From assembly GCF_009914755.1 (NCBI RefSeq), contig NC_060941.1: DNA of 64,000 nt, one strand, 5' to 3'. The notes under the pieces were generated by a model. That model searched no databases, had not been told where the DNA came from, and saw only the letters and a list, made by a program, of their open reading frames with translations. The translations under genes and the position numbers were made by a program. Position 1 is the stretch's first letter, and every line of letters begins with the position of its first letter. Shown in pieces: positions 39,018-53,854 of this stretch. The stretch comes from the human T2T-CHM13v2.0 reference genome, Homo sapiens.

Positions 39018-39082
39018 CTAGTTTGAAGTCCATTACAGACAAATCACACCATTTTTATGTTAGACCACCCCAACCACTTCCC

Positions 39083-39383
39083 TTTTTTGTTTTTGTTTAT
39101 TTTGACAGGTTCTCGCTTTGTCACCCAGGCGGAAGTGTAGTGGCACGATCTCAGCTCACTGCAACCTCTGCCTCCCAGGTTCAAGCAATTCTCTTGCCAC
39201 AGCCTCCTGATTAGCTGGGATTATAGGCACTCACCACCACACCAGGGTAATTTTTGTATTTTTAGTAGAGGTGGGGCTTCACCATGTTGACCAGGCTGAT
39301 CTCGAACTCCTGGCCTCAAACGATCCACCCACCTCGGCCTCCCAAAGTGCTGGGATTACAGGCATGAGCCACCACACCCAGCC
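39083..39383 (-). mobile_element. Alu (AluS-like)
   Basis: Full dimer. Confidence 0.9.
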
Positions 39384-40474
39384 TCCTTTTTGTTATTGCT
39401 CAGATTTACAGAAATTTATTTTGCAAAATTTTACCTCGAAGAAACAAGCGAGTGTTTCTCTGTATCCATCTGAGCTCAGGAGGATGCCCAAGTGAAAGGT
39501 GTTTAATCCAACTTCTGTTGAATGATTGACTTCTCAGGGACTGTTAATTTGTAAACTCTAAGAAAGGGGGAAAGTTTAAGTTTTTCCGGCTGCCAAACTT
39601 TGGGCTTCATGGTGAATCATCAGGACAGGCTTTCTAGGCCAAGTGTAAGCGCTGTTCTGGGGGCCACTGGTCTGAGGGTGGGGGAGCAGGATGTGTTTAT
39701 TTAGATGCACGGCCAGAGTTCACACACTTGGGGTTTGGGATCAGCCTCCAGGGCCTAAGTAATTTCTCCCAGGAGATGTCTTCGCATCTTATACCCTGTA
39801 TAGGATCATCACGGACTGCTGATTGAAGAAAAGGGTTAGGACCACTGATCAGAGAGAAGCTACGATTTTTTCTTTTCTGTCTGTCACAGAGGTGTCAGTA
39901 AAGGAGAAAGCTTACTTGAAAGGTTTGGATTACCGAGCAGCTCAAAAGAGCTGTTGCTGGCGGGATTTTCTCCTTGCTGAAGTTTTTCTTTGCCCCTAGA
40001 ATACTAAGCAAAAAGGAAAGAAAAGATGAAAGGTAAGTCCCTCTTTAAAAATACATTGAGTCAACCCATCGCAGAAAAATACAGATTTCTCAACTGACAA
40101 ATAAGCGGCATCACTGCATTTGGGAATCAGAAAAAGTCCCCACGATAAAGTTATTTGGGAATTAATCAACACTTGGCTCATCCTAGGCGTGGAGCGCTTC
40201 GGAATTCACCTCGTGTTGCTTGGAAGCTGGCAGCCCGGTTGTTATATAATGTGAACCCAGAGGCCTGCCAGACGGCCCTCCCTGTGCCCCGGGGGAGTTA
40301 CAAGGCTCTGTAACTCTTGGAGTCAGTCAATCCTGCAGAACAGAGTCCAGGGGCCTGGTGTGTGCTGTGTTTTACAGATGACACATTAACCTTTGAAATT
40401 CTGTCCTCAGTCACCTTCATCAATGCCTGAGCGAACGAAGGAAGGGCCACATGTGGGCTCTTTTTTTGTTCACT

Positions 40475-41050
40475 TTTCCAAATGGAGATAAGACATGTAA
40501 CAAAATTTACCATCTTAACCATTTTTAAATGTACAGTTCTGTGTTATTAAGTGCATTCCTATCGTTGTACCAGTATCACCACTATCCATCTGCAGAACTC
40601 TGCATCTTGAAACTCTGTGCCTGTTCAGTGGTAACTGCCTGTTCCCCTCCTGGCAGCCCCTGGCAGCCGCCCGTCTCTGAATTTCAGAGCCACTTTCTGT
40701 CCCTGAGTTTGACTACTCTAGGTACTCACATAAGTAGAATCACACTGTATTTGTCCTTGTGTATCTATCTGGCTTATTTCTCTTAGCGTAATATCCTCAA
40801 GGTGCATCTGTGTGGTAGTGTGTATCAGAATTTCCTTCCTTTTCAGGAGTGAATAATATTCCATTGTACGGATATACCATGTTTTGTTCATCCATCCATC
40901 CCTCCGTGGATGGACATGGGTTGTTTCCACCTTTTGACTATTGTGAATAGTACTGCCATGAACACAGTTATACAAATACCTGTTTGAGCCTCTGCTTTCT
41001 GTTCTTTGGGGTACTTTCCCAGAATTGGAATTGATGGGTCATACGGTAAC
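40475..41050 (-). mobile_element. L1MB-like 3' end
   Basis: CAAAATTTACCATCTTAACCATTTTTAA; TGAATAATATTCCATTGTA. Confidence 0.85.
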
Positions 41051-41439
41051 AGACTCCTTTTTTAAAAAAGAAAAGTATCTTGAGAACTTGGGAGAGCCAC
41101 CCTAGGAGTACTTACTGGGCTGGATTGTTTGCTCCGTCTCCTTTTGCCTCCAGGTACAGCCCATAGGCCTCTGTCCTCACAGATGTGGTATGGAAGAGTG
41201 GCCCTGTTCCAGGGTGAGATCACCAGTGTAGACCTTCTCAGTTTGACCCTACATCTGATGAACCCCCAAAAGCACAGAGAGGATCTCAGAATGAACTAAA
41301 GATCATGGGCTATAAATGACTCCTTCCTTCTCCTTTTCTTCCTTGGATGACAAAGATTGTGGTCACTATACAGTTATGGTGGCCTCAAGTCTGGTAAATC
41401 AATGATGTTTCATGTTAGCTGCTCACGGGATTCACCTTG

Positions 41440-41575
41440 TGGCTTATTGATGTCCAGACCCCGCCTCTGATCCCGCCTCTAGAGATTCTGATTTCATTGG
41501 TTTGAGTCCTGGCCTCAGCATGGGGACTTTTGAAAGCTTCCAGGCGAGTCTAATATGCAGCCAGGGTTCTGTAGC
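41440..41575. mobile_element. MER5-family fragment
   Basis: AGAGATTCTGATTTCATTGGT; TCTAATATGCAGCCAGGGTT. Confidence 0.65.
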
Positions 41576-41646
41576 ACCCAAGTGAATTACTGAACCCGAA
41601 CCTTTTCTCAATCCCTTTCATGCTGTCTGTTGTCTTTTTGGTTATT

Positions 41647-41945
41647 TCTTTTTTCTTTTTCTTTTTTAATTTGAGATGGAGTCTCGCTCTGTCCCAGGCT
41701 AGAGTGCAGTGATAGGATCTTGGCTCACTGAAACCTCTTCCTGCCAGGTTCTAGCAATCCTCCCACCTTAGCCTCCCGAGTAGCTGGTATTACAGGTGTG
41801 CACCACCACGCCCGGCTAATTTTTGTATTTTTAGTAGAGACGGGGTTTCACCATGTTGGCCAGGCTGGTCTCGAACCTCAAGTGATCCATCCCCCTCGGT
41901 CTCCCAAAATGCTGGGATTGCAGGCGTGAGCCACCACACCCAGCC
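41647..41945 (-). mobile_element. Alu (AluS-like)
   Basis: GGTTATTTCTTT TSD. Confidence 0.9.
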
Positions 41946-42017
41946 AGGTTATTTCTTTGGAGCATATCTTCAGATTTGTACATCTCAGCCCAAGGTTTAA
42001 AGATTTGGAAACAGGCT

Positions 42018-42021
<4 letters not shown>

Positions 42022-42057
<36 letters not shown>

Positions 42058-42174
42058 AATTAACGAGGATGCATTATGTAACTTTGGAGCTAAGAATGAG
42101 GAATGAGGATGCATTATGTAACTTTGGAGCTAAGAATGAGGAGACCTGGGTCATACTTGTGTGTGTGTGTGTGT
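42022..42174. repeat. Two (TG)n microsatellites flanking a 40-bp-period tandem duplication
   Basis: (TG)n at about 42022-42054 and 42158-42174; identical 38-mers at 42065-42102 and 42105-42142. Confidence 0.95.
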
Positions 42175-43019
42175 TATTATCTAACCAGGGATAATGAATT
42201 ATTTAACTTGGCAGGATCTCAGTTTGTTGTTGTTGGTTTTTTGTTTTTTGTTTTGTTTTTTTTTAAATCTTGGCTTTAAAATTAGGGCATAGATTGGCAA
42301 ACCAGATAAAAGAATGAAATTAATGATTTTTTTAAAAATGTCCCCTCTAGCTCTGACATACCACGACTCTGAATGAACAGGTGGAATTGATGGGGAGTGA
42401 GGAGGCTTGGAGAGAGAGCCCCCGGGTGTGAACCCATCCTGTTCTAACAATAATGAGCTTTGGGATGAAGAGCCTCCCCGCAGGCAGGGGACTGCTGGGA
42501 GTTTCTGGTGTCCCAGAAGAAGCCTTCAGGGCAGCTCTGATCAGTAAATAAAAGGATACGAAATAAAAATCTCAAAGGATCCGTAATGAATAAGAAAGCA
42601 GGAATGTCGTCCCCAGGGAGAAATGAGTTGGGGGCTTTGTCAGTCACGAGAGAACATAGCACAGGACTCTGGGTCCAATGGAGCTGAACGTCAGCGCCTC
42701 TGTCCCCACGAAAATAGTAACTTCCCTGACACCATCCACCTGATGCCAAGAGCTGTTTATATCAACATTTCTTCTCGGGATTCTTTCAAACTTTATACTT
42801 ACTTCTCTCCTCCTCTGATTCTATTCAAGGAATGTGAATGGCTGAGGTTTTGTTTTGTTTTGTTTTCCTCTCTAGATTAGCACAGCTAATACAGTGGAAT
42901 TGTGATGCCAGGGTCTATTAGTGTAGAGAAACAAAGAATGCAGTCCTGCCCTGGGCACCAGGGTTTACTTCCATGGTGACTTCTTCTTAAGCCCATGGGA
43001 AAGTGAGAGGGAGGTGACC

Positions 43020-43330
43020 TCCTCACAGTCGGCTCAGCCTCTGGAGCCCGGAGCCGGAGCCAGCCCCATAGTGTGTGGCCATCAGGATGACGCAGAGAGG
43101 CGTGTGAACGCAGCCGGCCGCTGCAGCTGGTGCACTTGACTCTGGGCAGCGCGTTCCCAGGAACCCGCAGGACACTGAGGACCGTGCGTGATGTAACCCA
43201 GATCTGCCAGATGTGGGAGCCAGCATGAGTCACAATGCCGGGCCGTTCATTAAGAAGTGCTTTCTGGGTCATCTGGGTGCAGGGCACTGCTGCTTCCCTG
43301 CTGTCCAGGGTTGGAGGCATCAAGTCTGCC
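43020..43330. promoter_or_regulatory. Candidate intronic enhancer
   Basis: Non-repetitive and locally CpG-rich; TGAGTCA 43226-43232, TGACGCA 43088-43094, CAGCTG 43124-43129, TTCCCAGGAA 43154-43163. Confidence 0.4.
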
Positions 43331-43494
43331 CACCAGGAATCCCCAAGTTCATGAACATCTGTCTAAAATTATAGCCTGGTTTTCTGAGCTGATGTGGCAC
43401 AGAGCACACGCACGCTGATGGTCTCTGGCTTGTAATTTGTTAAAGGATCTCACCACTTTGGTTAGTGGTGGGAAATCAGATAATAAAAACATAC

Positions 43495-43750
43495 GCCCAG
43501 GTGGGAGGGTCACTTGAGGCCAGGAGTCTAAGACCAGCTCCAGCAACATAGTAAGACTCCGTTTCTGCAAAAAGATAAAATTACCTGGGCATGGCATGCC
43601 TGTAGTCCTAGCTACTTGGGAGGTTGAGGTGGGAAGATGGCCTGAGCCCAGGAATTCAAGGCTGCGGTGAGCTGTGATCACACTACTGCCTCCAGCCTGG
43701 GTGACAGAGTGAGACCCTGCCTCAAAACAACGACAAAACCAAAAACCAAA
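43495..43750 (+). mobile_element. 5'-truncated AluJ
   Basis: AluJ diagnostics. Confidence 0.8.
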
Positions 43751-44062
43751 AACCCCAAAAGTGTAAGTTGCTGTGAGGTTTCTGCACATTTTAGTAACAT
43801 CAGAAATGAGGTGGGGTGTTGGGAGAAGCCAAAAACTCTGCTGGCATTGTGCCAGTGAAATGCCAGCAATCACGAGCGGTCTTCCTTTTTTTTTCTTTTT
43901 TTTTAAAAAAAAAAAAGATGTGCAAGATGCCTTATGGTGAATAACAAGTATATTTCTGAGAAGTTGTAAACTAACTCCTTAAAAAAAATCCTTATGGATA
44001 TAAGACATACAGTCAGAAAAGTTCATGCATGCATCCCTGGGTAAAATCTGACACCCAAGTAA

Positions 44063-44491
44063 CTGTAGCAAGTTGAAGGGTGGCCCCTTAAATATCCCCC
44101 AGAGCCTGTGAATATGATCTTATTTGGAAGGAGACCTTTGCAGACATAATTCAATCAAGGATCTTGAGATGAGATCATTCTGGATTACCTAAGTGGACCC
44201 TAAATCCAATGACAAGTGTCCTTACAAGAGACAGAAGAGGAGAAGACACAGACACACAGGAAGGAAACATATGAAGCAGGAGGCAGGGATTAGAGCACTG
44301 GAGCTGCAAGGAACAGCTGAGCCACCAGAAACCAAAAGAGGCAACAAACGGGTGGTCCCCTCGTGCCTTTGGAGGGAGCCTGGCCCTGCTGACACCTTGA
44401 TTTCTTTTTTCTGGCATCCAGAACTGTGAGCCAGTAAACTCTGTTGTGTGAAGCCACCAAGTTTGTGGTGATTTGATAAGGAAACTAATAA
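44063..44491 (+). mobile_element. MLT1B/C (MaLR) solo LTR within old L1ME sequence
   Basis: GGACCCTAAATCCAATGACAAGTGTCCTTA; GGCCCTGCTGACACCTTGATTT; AAGCCACCAAGTTTGTGGT...GGAAACTAATA. Confidence 0.85.
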
Positions 44492-45849
44492 AATCATCAC
44501 ACCTAGATGAAGAAGCAGAATGTTTCCAAAACCCTGGAAACTCCCCCTCAAGCCTAGTTTCTGTTTTCACACCGCCCCAGGACAGCTACTGTCCTGATTT
44601 CTAACGCCGGGGATAGGTTTTATGCCATTTGAACATAATAAATGGAATCTTACGGTGCATCGTCTTCTGTGTCAGATTTCTTCCCCTCCACGCTTTGTGA
44701 GATGTGTTTATCCTGTTGTGTGTTTGATGATTCTCACTGCTGCTTAGTTGTAGTGTTCCACGGTGTGAATATACCACGATTTATTTACTCTTCTCCTGTT
44801 GGGGGCATTTGAGTTTGGGGCTACGACAAAGAGTGCTGTTACAAATTCTGTTTCGTTCCTTCCTGATGAATATACGTGGGCGCTTTTGTGAGTTACATTC
44901 TCAGGAGCTGAATTGTTGGGTCATAGGCTATCTGTGTGTTCAGCTTCAGTAGCTATTGCCAGTTTTCCTATTAATTTTTTAAACACCCCATCCGATTTGG
45001 AATCTCTGTGTGAAATGGAGAATCCAATGGTAGATTCAGTAACCACTCTTTAATGTGGCTATTTTATAAGGTCCAAATGTTGAACGCAGGGTTTTCTTGG
45101 AGCAAGTTCCTTCCTTAGATCACAATCAGGAATATTCCATGTCTCAGAAGAGCCCATTACAGGGCTGGGCAGGCGTGAAAGCACACCAGTTTCTGGGAAT
45201 CGGAGAGGCTGGGCTACTGACTGTGAATTTTAAATATTCTTAACCCATCGCTGGAGTGATGAATAGCACAGCTGTCGTATCCTCCATCTCGAGACTCAGA
45301 AATAAATTTGCAGTCTTTTAGGAGCTCCAGTTTTAATTCTCCTTTCCAGCTTTTAAGCTCTATGCTCCATAACTTAGGATGCAACCAAATGATATGCAGC
45401 ATTTCTAAATATTCTGCTTTGATAAGTGAGTGGAAATAGTGCTGGTACAGCGGATAAGACTAGATTAAAACCCAGGGTCCCCAGCTGTCTAAAGAAGATG
45501 TGCTGCTTTGGATTTGCCTGATGCCCCAAGATCTTTCTGGAAATGGGGGAGGGTGGCTTTGACCTTGGAAATACTGGAAAGGGGAGGAAAGTGTGGTGAT
45601 GGTACCTCAGAGGACTGTTTTCCCTCCAGACGTGAGATGGGTGGGATGGTAGCAACCTAGCTATCATTATGACTGATAAGCCTTCTTTTTCCCAATACAA
45701 AAGCAATTTGTCTTCCTTGCAGAATGAGAAAAATTCAGGTCCACCAGAAAATAACCACAAACCTGACACCCACAGTTAACCACTGTTGAATATATTTGCA
45801 TATATACATTTCATATACAAACCTTTCTTCCCATACAAACATTTTATTT

Positions 45850-45970
45850 CTGCAGTCAACGAGTATGTATTGAATGCCTGCCATGTGCCAGTCCCCAGGG
45901 ATAGAGCATGAATAAAACAGACAAACCATCCCCTGTCCTTGCGGAGCTGACCTTCCAGTGGGAGCTTATT
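45850..45970 (-). mobile_element. L2 3' fragment
   Basis: TATTGAATGCCTGCCATGTGCCAG...TGAATAAAACAGACAAA...GGAGCTGAC. Confidence 0.7.
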
Positions 45971-46054
45971 ATACGATACATATGGTACTAAAATGAGATC
46001 TTATGGTACATGTTTCTTATCGGTTGCTTTTTTCCACTAACAATATGTGTAACC

Positions 46055-46084
46055 TCTTTCTTTCTTTCTTTCTTTCTTTCTTTT

Positions 46085-46136
<52 letters not shown>

Positions 46137-46418
46137 TTTGAGACGTAGTCTTGCTCTGTTACTCAGACTGGAGTGCAGTGGCGCAATCTTGACTCACTGC
46201 AACCTCTACCTCCTGGGTTCAAGCAATTCTCTGCCTCAGCCTCCCGAGTACCTGTGATTCCAGGCACCTGCTACCACGTCTGGCTAATTTTTGTTTTTTT
46301 AATAGAGACAGGGTTTCACCATCTTGGCCAGGCTGGTCTTGAACTCCTGTCCTCGTGATCCACCCGCCTCGGCCTCCCAAAGTGCTGGGATTACAGGCAT
46401 GAGCCACCGTGCCCAGCC
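46055..46418 (-). mobile_element. AluS with (TTTC)n tail microsatellite
   Basis: TSD TGTAACCTCTTTC. Confidence 0.9.
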
Positions 46419-46609
46419 CTGTAACCTCTTTCAATGGCAACAGATATTCAGATATAACTTTTATAGATTTATCAATGAACTAAATCCCCAGTGGTTTTGC
46501 TTGCTGGTGGTGGCCAGCACATTCGGAGATGGTGACTGCTCTGACAGTACAGGTCCCAGAGTGCCAAAAGGACCAGGGTGCTGCCATTGACTTGCAGAAG
46601 CAAGAAGTA

Positions 46610-47292
<683 letters not shown>

Positions 47293-47310
47293 TCTGAGCC
47301 ACGGAGATCT

Positions 47311-47680
47311 TTTTTAAAAAAACTTTTATTTTAGGTTCAGGGGTACATGTGCAGGTTTGTTATACAGGTAAACTCATGTCACGGGGGTTTGTTGTACAGA
47401 TTATTTCATCACCCACTTACTAGGCCTAGTAGCCAGTAGATACGTTTTCTGATCCTCTCCTTCCTCCCACTCTCCACCATCAAGCAGGCCCCCAATGTCT
47501 GTTGTTCCCCTCTTTGTGTCCGTGTGTTCTCATCATTTAGCTCCCACTTGTAAGTGAGAATATGCAGTATTTGGTTTTCTGTTCCTGCATTAGTTTGCTA
47601 AGGATAATGGCCTACAGCTCCATCCATGTTCTTGCAAAGGACGTGATCTCAATTCCTTTTTGTGGCTGTATAGTATTCCA
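47311..47680 (-). mobile_element. Primate L1PA (old, L1PA15/16-like) 3' end
   Basis: GGGGTACATGTGCAGGTTTGTTA; CATCATTTAGCTCCCACTTGTAAGTGAGAA. Confidence 0.85.
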
Positions 47681-48915
47681 TGAGCTGTGGAGATGTTGAG
47701 GTTCTTTGTTACCAAGCATTAACTGGCCAGTCCTGACCAATACAGCTATGGTCATAACATATAAAGCACCTTAAGGGAAGAGGACGTTTAGCTAACTCTA
47801 TGATGTTGTCACGCTGACATGAATAGAGAGGGTTTTGTTTTTTAAGCCAAAGACGTTAATCCATTAATTGGCATTTAAAAGGTAGAAATGCCATTGGATG
47901 TAGGAAAGTTCATCTGTATTTGACCATTTTTTATTTATTTTTGACTCTTTATGCTTATAATTTTGGAAATTCCAAAATACAAAGGAGTTTTTGGTGATGC
48001 TGGGAATTGAATTCTGAGGAGAAAATGTTGTTGGAATTATAGAGAGTGCTTTTGGAATACTACCAAGCATAGTACTTGACCTTAGAGGAAAAAATGCTGG
48101 GGAGCACAACTTAAGATGGGAAAAAAGAACAAGTTTTTAAAATATCATCCCTCTAACGAATGCTTCCGTGATGGAAACACTCCCCTTTCCCTGTTATCGT
48201 TCTTCATTTCCTCCTACTCTTTACTTTAACTACAAGTTCTTGTATGCGGTTATTCCCCCATGTAAATTACATGAAAAATAGTTTTAGTCTTCTAACTACA
48301 TTATCCAATATGCAGCTTTTTAACTAGTTCCAAGAGGCATTTGAGGCCCATGCGTGGCTCCCTTTGAGTTGAGTCATCTAAAGGTTATTGCTTGTCTTAG
48401 TAAAACCTGTGCTGTGTTGAGTGCACCGGTGACGACAATGACCCCAGTCTTGAGTCCCAGCCTCCCCGTGTTTACTATGGAATTATCACAGTTCCACTCT
48501 TGAGAAATATGGAAAGCACTCACTGTTCACTCTGGTTTAACCCTCCTGAGAGCAGGAGGTATGATTAATCCTGGAAATAATGGGTTCACTCTGTGGGAGC
48601 GCTTCAGTGATTTTCAACCCCAGACTCATACATGGTGATTGAAAAGAACTAGTGTGATCACAGAAGGTTAGCAGAATTATTTCTACTTAGAATAGAAATG
48701 AGAAGGTTGAGGGTCGTAATTTCAAAAATGGAAAAGTAGGTTTTAAAAATTCAAATGTAATACATAAATATTCCAAATATATTTAGAGCGAGAAGCCTTC
48801 TTTCCGCCCTCCCAATTCTGCCCTTCTCTGCAGAGCTTACCATAGTTTAAAAAAAAAAAAAAGTGCTGTTTTATCCTTTTGGACCCTATACTGTGCATTT
48901 ATAAATGTGAGAAAA

Positions 48916-49078
48916 CCAGGCATGGTGGTGTGTGCCTGTGGTCCCAGCTACTCGGGAGGCTGAGGTGGGAGGATCGTTTGAACCCAGGAGTTCAAGGCTG
49001 TTTTTAGCTATGACTGTTCCAGTGAATAGCCACTGCACTCCAGCCTGGGCAACACAGTAAGAGCCTGACGTTAAAAAT
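48916..49078 (+). mobile_element. FAM (fossil Alu monomer)
   Basis: Monomer retaining the 7SL-derived GTGAATAGCCACTGCACTCC. Confidence 0.8.
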
Positions 49079-49158
49079 AATTAACATGAGAATAAAACTT
49101 ATCTATGTTTTTTGTTTTTACATAAGTAGTCACACAAGACATATTATTATAAACCTCC

Positions 49159-50107
49159 TTTTTTTTTTTTTTGAGACGGCGTCTCATTCAGTCGCCCAGG
49201 CTGGAGTGCAATGGCGCAATCGTGGCTCACTGCAACCTCCGATTCCCCAGCCTCAGCCTCCCGAGTAGCTGGGATTAAAGCTTAATTTATAATGGAAGTC
49301 ACCCTGTGCAGGCACACTTATAGGTACTGTATTCTTTGGAGCAGTAGCTCATTAAATTGATAAATAAAACTTTATTTTCTTAATGATGGACATTTAGGAA
49401 GTCGTCTTTTTTTTTTTCTATTACAAGTAAGATAAACCTGTGTCTCCATAAACTTGTTCGTGTCTTTTTTTTTTTTTTTTTTTTTTGAGATGGGGTCTCT
49501 GTTGCCCAAGCTGGAGTGCAGTGATGTCATCATGGCTCACTGCAGTCTCGACCTCCTAGGCTCAAGCGAACCTCCCATCTCATCCTCCTGAATAGGTGGG
49601 ACCACACGTGTGAGCCACCACGCCCAGCTAATTTTTGTATTTTTTGTAGAGACATGGTTTCGCTATGTTTTCCAGGCTGGTCTTGAACTCCTGCACTCAA
49701 GCAGTCTGCCTGCCTCGGCCTCCCAAAGTGCTGGGATTACAAGCGTGAGCCACCATGCCCAGCCTGTTTAGGTTTTTGTGCACTTGTGTATTTTTCTTTC
49801 TTTTTTTTTTTTTTCAAGATGGAGTCTCACTCTGTTGCCCAGGCTGGAGTGCAGTGGTTCAATCTTGGCTCACTACAACCTTCATTTTCCAGGCTCAAGT
49901 GATCCTCCCACCTCAGCCTCCTGAGTAGCTGGGACCACAGGCATGCGCCACCAGGCCTGGCTAATTTTTTGTATTTTTGGAAGAGACGGGGTTTGGAGTT
50001 TTCACCATGTTAGCCAGGCTGGTCTTGAACTCCTGAGCTCAAGTGATCCACCCACCTGAGCCTCCCAAAGTGCTAGGATTACAGGCGTGGGCCACTGCGC
50101 TTGGCCT
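49159..50107 (-). mobile_element. Alu fragment (49159-49277) and two AluJ/S elements (49466-49764, 49795-50107)
   Basis: T-tailed Alu reverse complements. Confidence 0.85.
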
Positions 50108-50248
50108 CTATCTTATGTTTATTATCCATGTGTATATCATCTTCAGAAACTGGCTCCCTCATATCTCTTGCTTATTATTTCCTTTTGGGTTATCTTTTTA
50201 ATTAATTTAGGAACTCTTTATATATTAGCAATATTAATCTTTAATATT

Positions 50249-50330
50249 GGCCGGACATGGTGGCTCAGGCCTGTAATCCCAGCACTTTGGGAGGCCGAGG
50301 CGGGCAGATCATCTGCAGTCAGGAGTTCAA
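50249..50330 (+). mobile_element. Alu 5' fragment fused to an antisense L1
   Basis: GGCCGGACATGGTGGCTCA...GGAGTTCAAGA, then abruptly L1 sequence. Confidence 0.85.
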
Positions 50331-51456
<1,126 letters not shown>

Positions 51457-51542
51457 TGAAGAATCTTAGGAAACAAAGTAAAGACCTTGGCCTGAATAGC
51501 TGGTCTGCTACCTCCCTACTTCCTACTGCCCAGAGGCAATTA

Positions 51543-51857
51543 CAGTCATGCACCATATAACAATATTTCAGTCAAGGAAAGATCGCATATATGATGGTGG
51601 TCTTATGAGATTATAATGCTGTATTTTTACTGTACCTTTTCTGTGTTTAGATACACATACACTTATAGTTATGTTACAGTTGCCTACAGCATTCAGTACA
51701 ATAGCATGCTTTTCAGGTTTGTAGTGTAGAAGCAACATAGGTGCGTAGTAGGCTACACCATCTAGGTTTGTGTAAGAACATTCTATGATGTTTGCACGAC
51801 AGAATCATTTCACACATTTCTCAGAACATATCCCCATCGTTAAGCAATGCATGACTG
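51543..51857. mobile_element. Tigger3a (MER7A)-like DNA transposon
   Basis: TIRs CAGTCATGCA...TGCATGACTG with TA duplications at 51541-51542 and 51858-51859. Confidence 0.85.
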
Positions 51858-52204
51858 TACATCTGTTCTTAGTTCTTCCATTGGTGAGCCTCCATCGTTT
51901 TAAATAAATGCATATACTGTATGCTCTTTCTCAATGTATCAGTTTTAGAATTATCCATCTTCTCCCCTTGAATATATAAGTAGGCTGCAGAGGATTTAGT
52001 TTGCTTGTACTGCTTCTCAGCTTATCTTCTTCTGATGGTTAATCATTTTAAACAATTAGTTTTAGTTCTCTTAGCTACCTCTAGTTATTGCATTTCTGTC
52101 TCTGTTTCTTGTTTTGTCAGTTTTCGGCAATATTCTCTTTCCTTTCTAAATAAAACATTAAGGCCTTACCCTTTCATTTTTCTCCCTTTTACGTTGTCCA
52201 AATT

Positions 52205-52585
52205 CTGGATAAATGAATATGGTATATCCATAAATGGGCTATTATCTGGTAATAAAAAGGTATGAAATTCTGATATATGCTACAACATGGATGGACCATG
52301 AAAACATCATACCCAAGTGAAAGAAGCCAGACACAACGAGCCACATATTACATGATTCCATTTATATGAAATATCCAGGATAGGCACAGAAAGTTGATGA
52401 GTCATTGCCAGGGGCCTCGAGGAATACCATTAACTGCTTATGGGCACCAGGTTTCTTTTTAGGATAAGGAAAATGTTCTGAAATTAGATAGTGGTAATGG
52501 TTGTAACAACCTCATGAATATACTAAAACCCACTGTATTCTACACTTTAAAAGGACAAATTTTATGGTTTGAATTATATCTCAAT
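52205..52585 (+). mobile_element. L1MB-like 3' end
   Basis: ATGCTACAACATGGATG; ATGATTCCATTTATATGAAATATCCAG; TGAATTATATCTCAAT. Confidence 0.8.
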
Positions 52586-52596
52586 TTTTTTTAAGA

Positions 52597-52923
52597 TTTT
52601 TTTTTTTTTTAATTGAGAGAAGGTCTCACTCTGTCAGCCAGGCTGGAGTACAGTGGCACAATCACGGATCATGGCCCATGGCTCACGGCTCACTGAAGCC
52701 TCAAACTCCTGGGCTCAAGTGATCCTCCCACCTCAGCCTCCCGAGTAGCTGGGACCGCAGGCGCGCACACCACCACACTTGACAAAATTTTTTTTTTTTT
52801 TAAGTGGAGACAGGGGTCTCTCTATATTGCCCAGGCTGGTCTCAAACTCCTGGGCTCAAGCAGTCCTCCCATCTCTGCCTCCCAAAGTGCTGGAATTAAA
52901 GACGTGAGCCACTGCACCTGGCC
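52597..52923 (-). mobile_element. AluJ
   Basis: AluJ diagnostics; small CA(C/T)GG stutter near 52660-52690. Confidence 0.85.
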
Positions 52924-53483
52924 CAAAGAAAGATTCTTAACTGTTACATTCCATTTATTCCATTTTCTAATCTTAATATCTTTAGCTTATTTCTGAATGT
53001 TGGACACCAGTAAACAACATTTATTGTCGCTGTGTAAACATTGCCCACTGCAGGTCTAGGTGCTAATGTCATATTATTACTTTCTCTATAGGACCAATGC
53101 CACAATCCACAGGCCACCTAGAGGATAGCATTTCATGCATCGCAGTTCGAGTGAATTCTCTTTTCTTATTTACCATCGACTATTCCTTTTGTGTTTTCCT
53201 GGAATTCCTTCTTGCTTTCTTTTTCATATAGACCCCAAAAATACACTTTCATCACCTAGTGCTGTAGATGCACTCCGGGTTATATGACATCTCCTTACTT
53301 CTCAGCCATCGTCATCTGGCTCCAATCTACCAGCCTGTCCTGTCTCCTTCGCTGCCTTGTCTCAACATTTTATTAAATTTATTTCTTCCTCTTTTTTGTT
53401 CCATTCCCTTATTTTGCAACCTTTTGGATGTTACCCTTTGGAAGTTACCCTCTTGTAACTTCCACATTAAAAGTTTGGGGGCT

Positions 53484-53808
<325 letters not shown>

Positions 53809-53854
53809 CTAGCATGCCTGAAATTCTCGTCATTTTGGTCTTCTGCTTTGTCGG

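Noticed and set aside
42065-42142. Direct repeats as a CRISPR-like array
   Set aside because: Two adjacent copies with no spacers, in human DNA; a simple tandem duplication.
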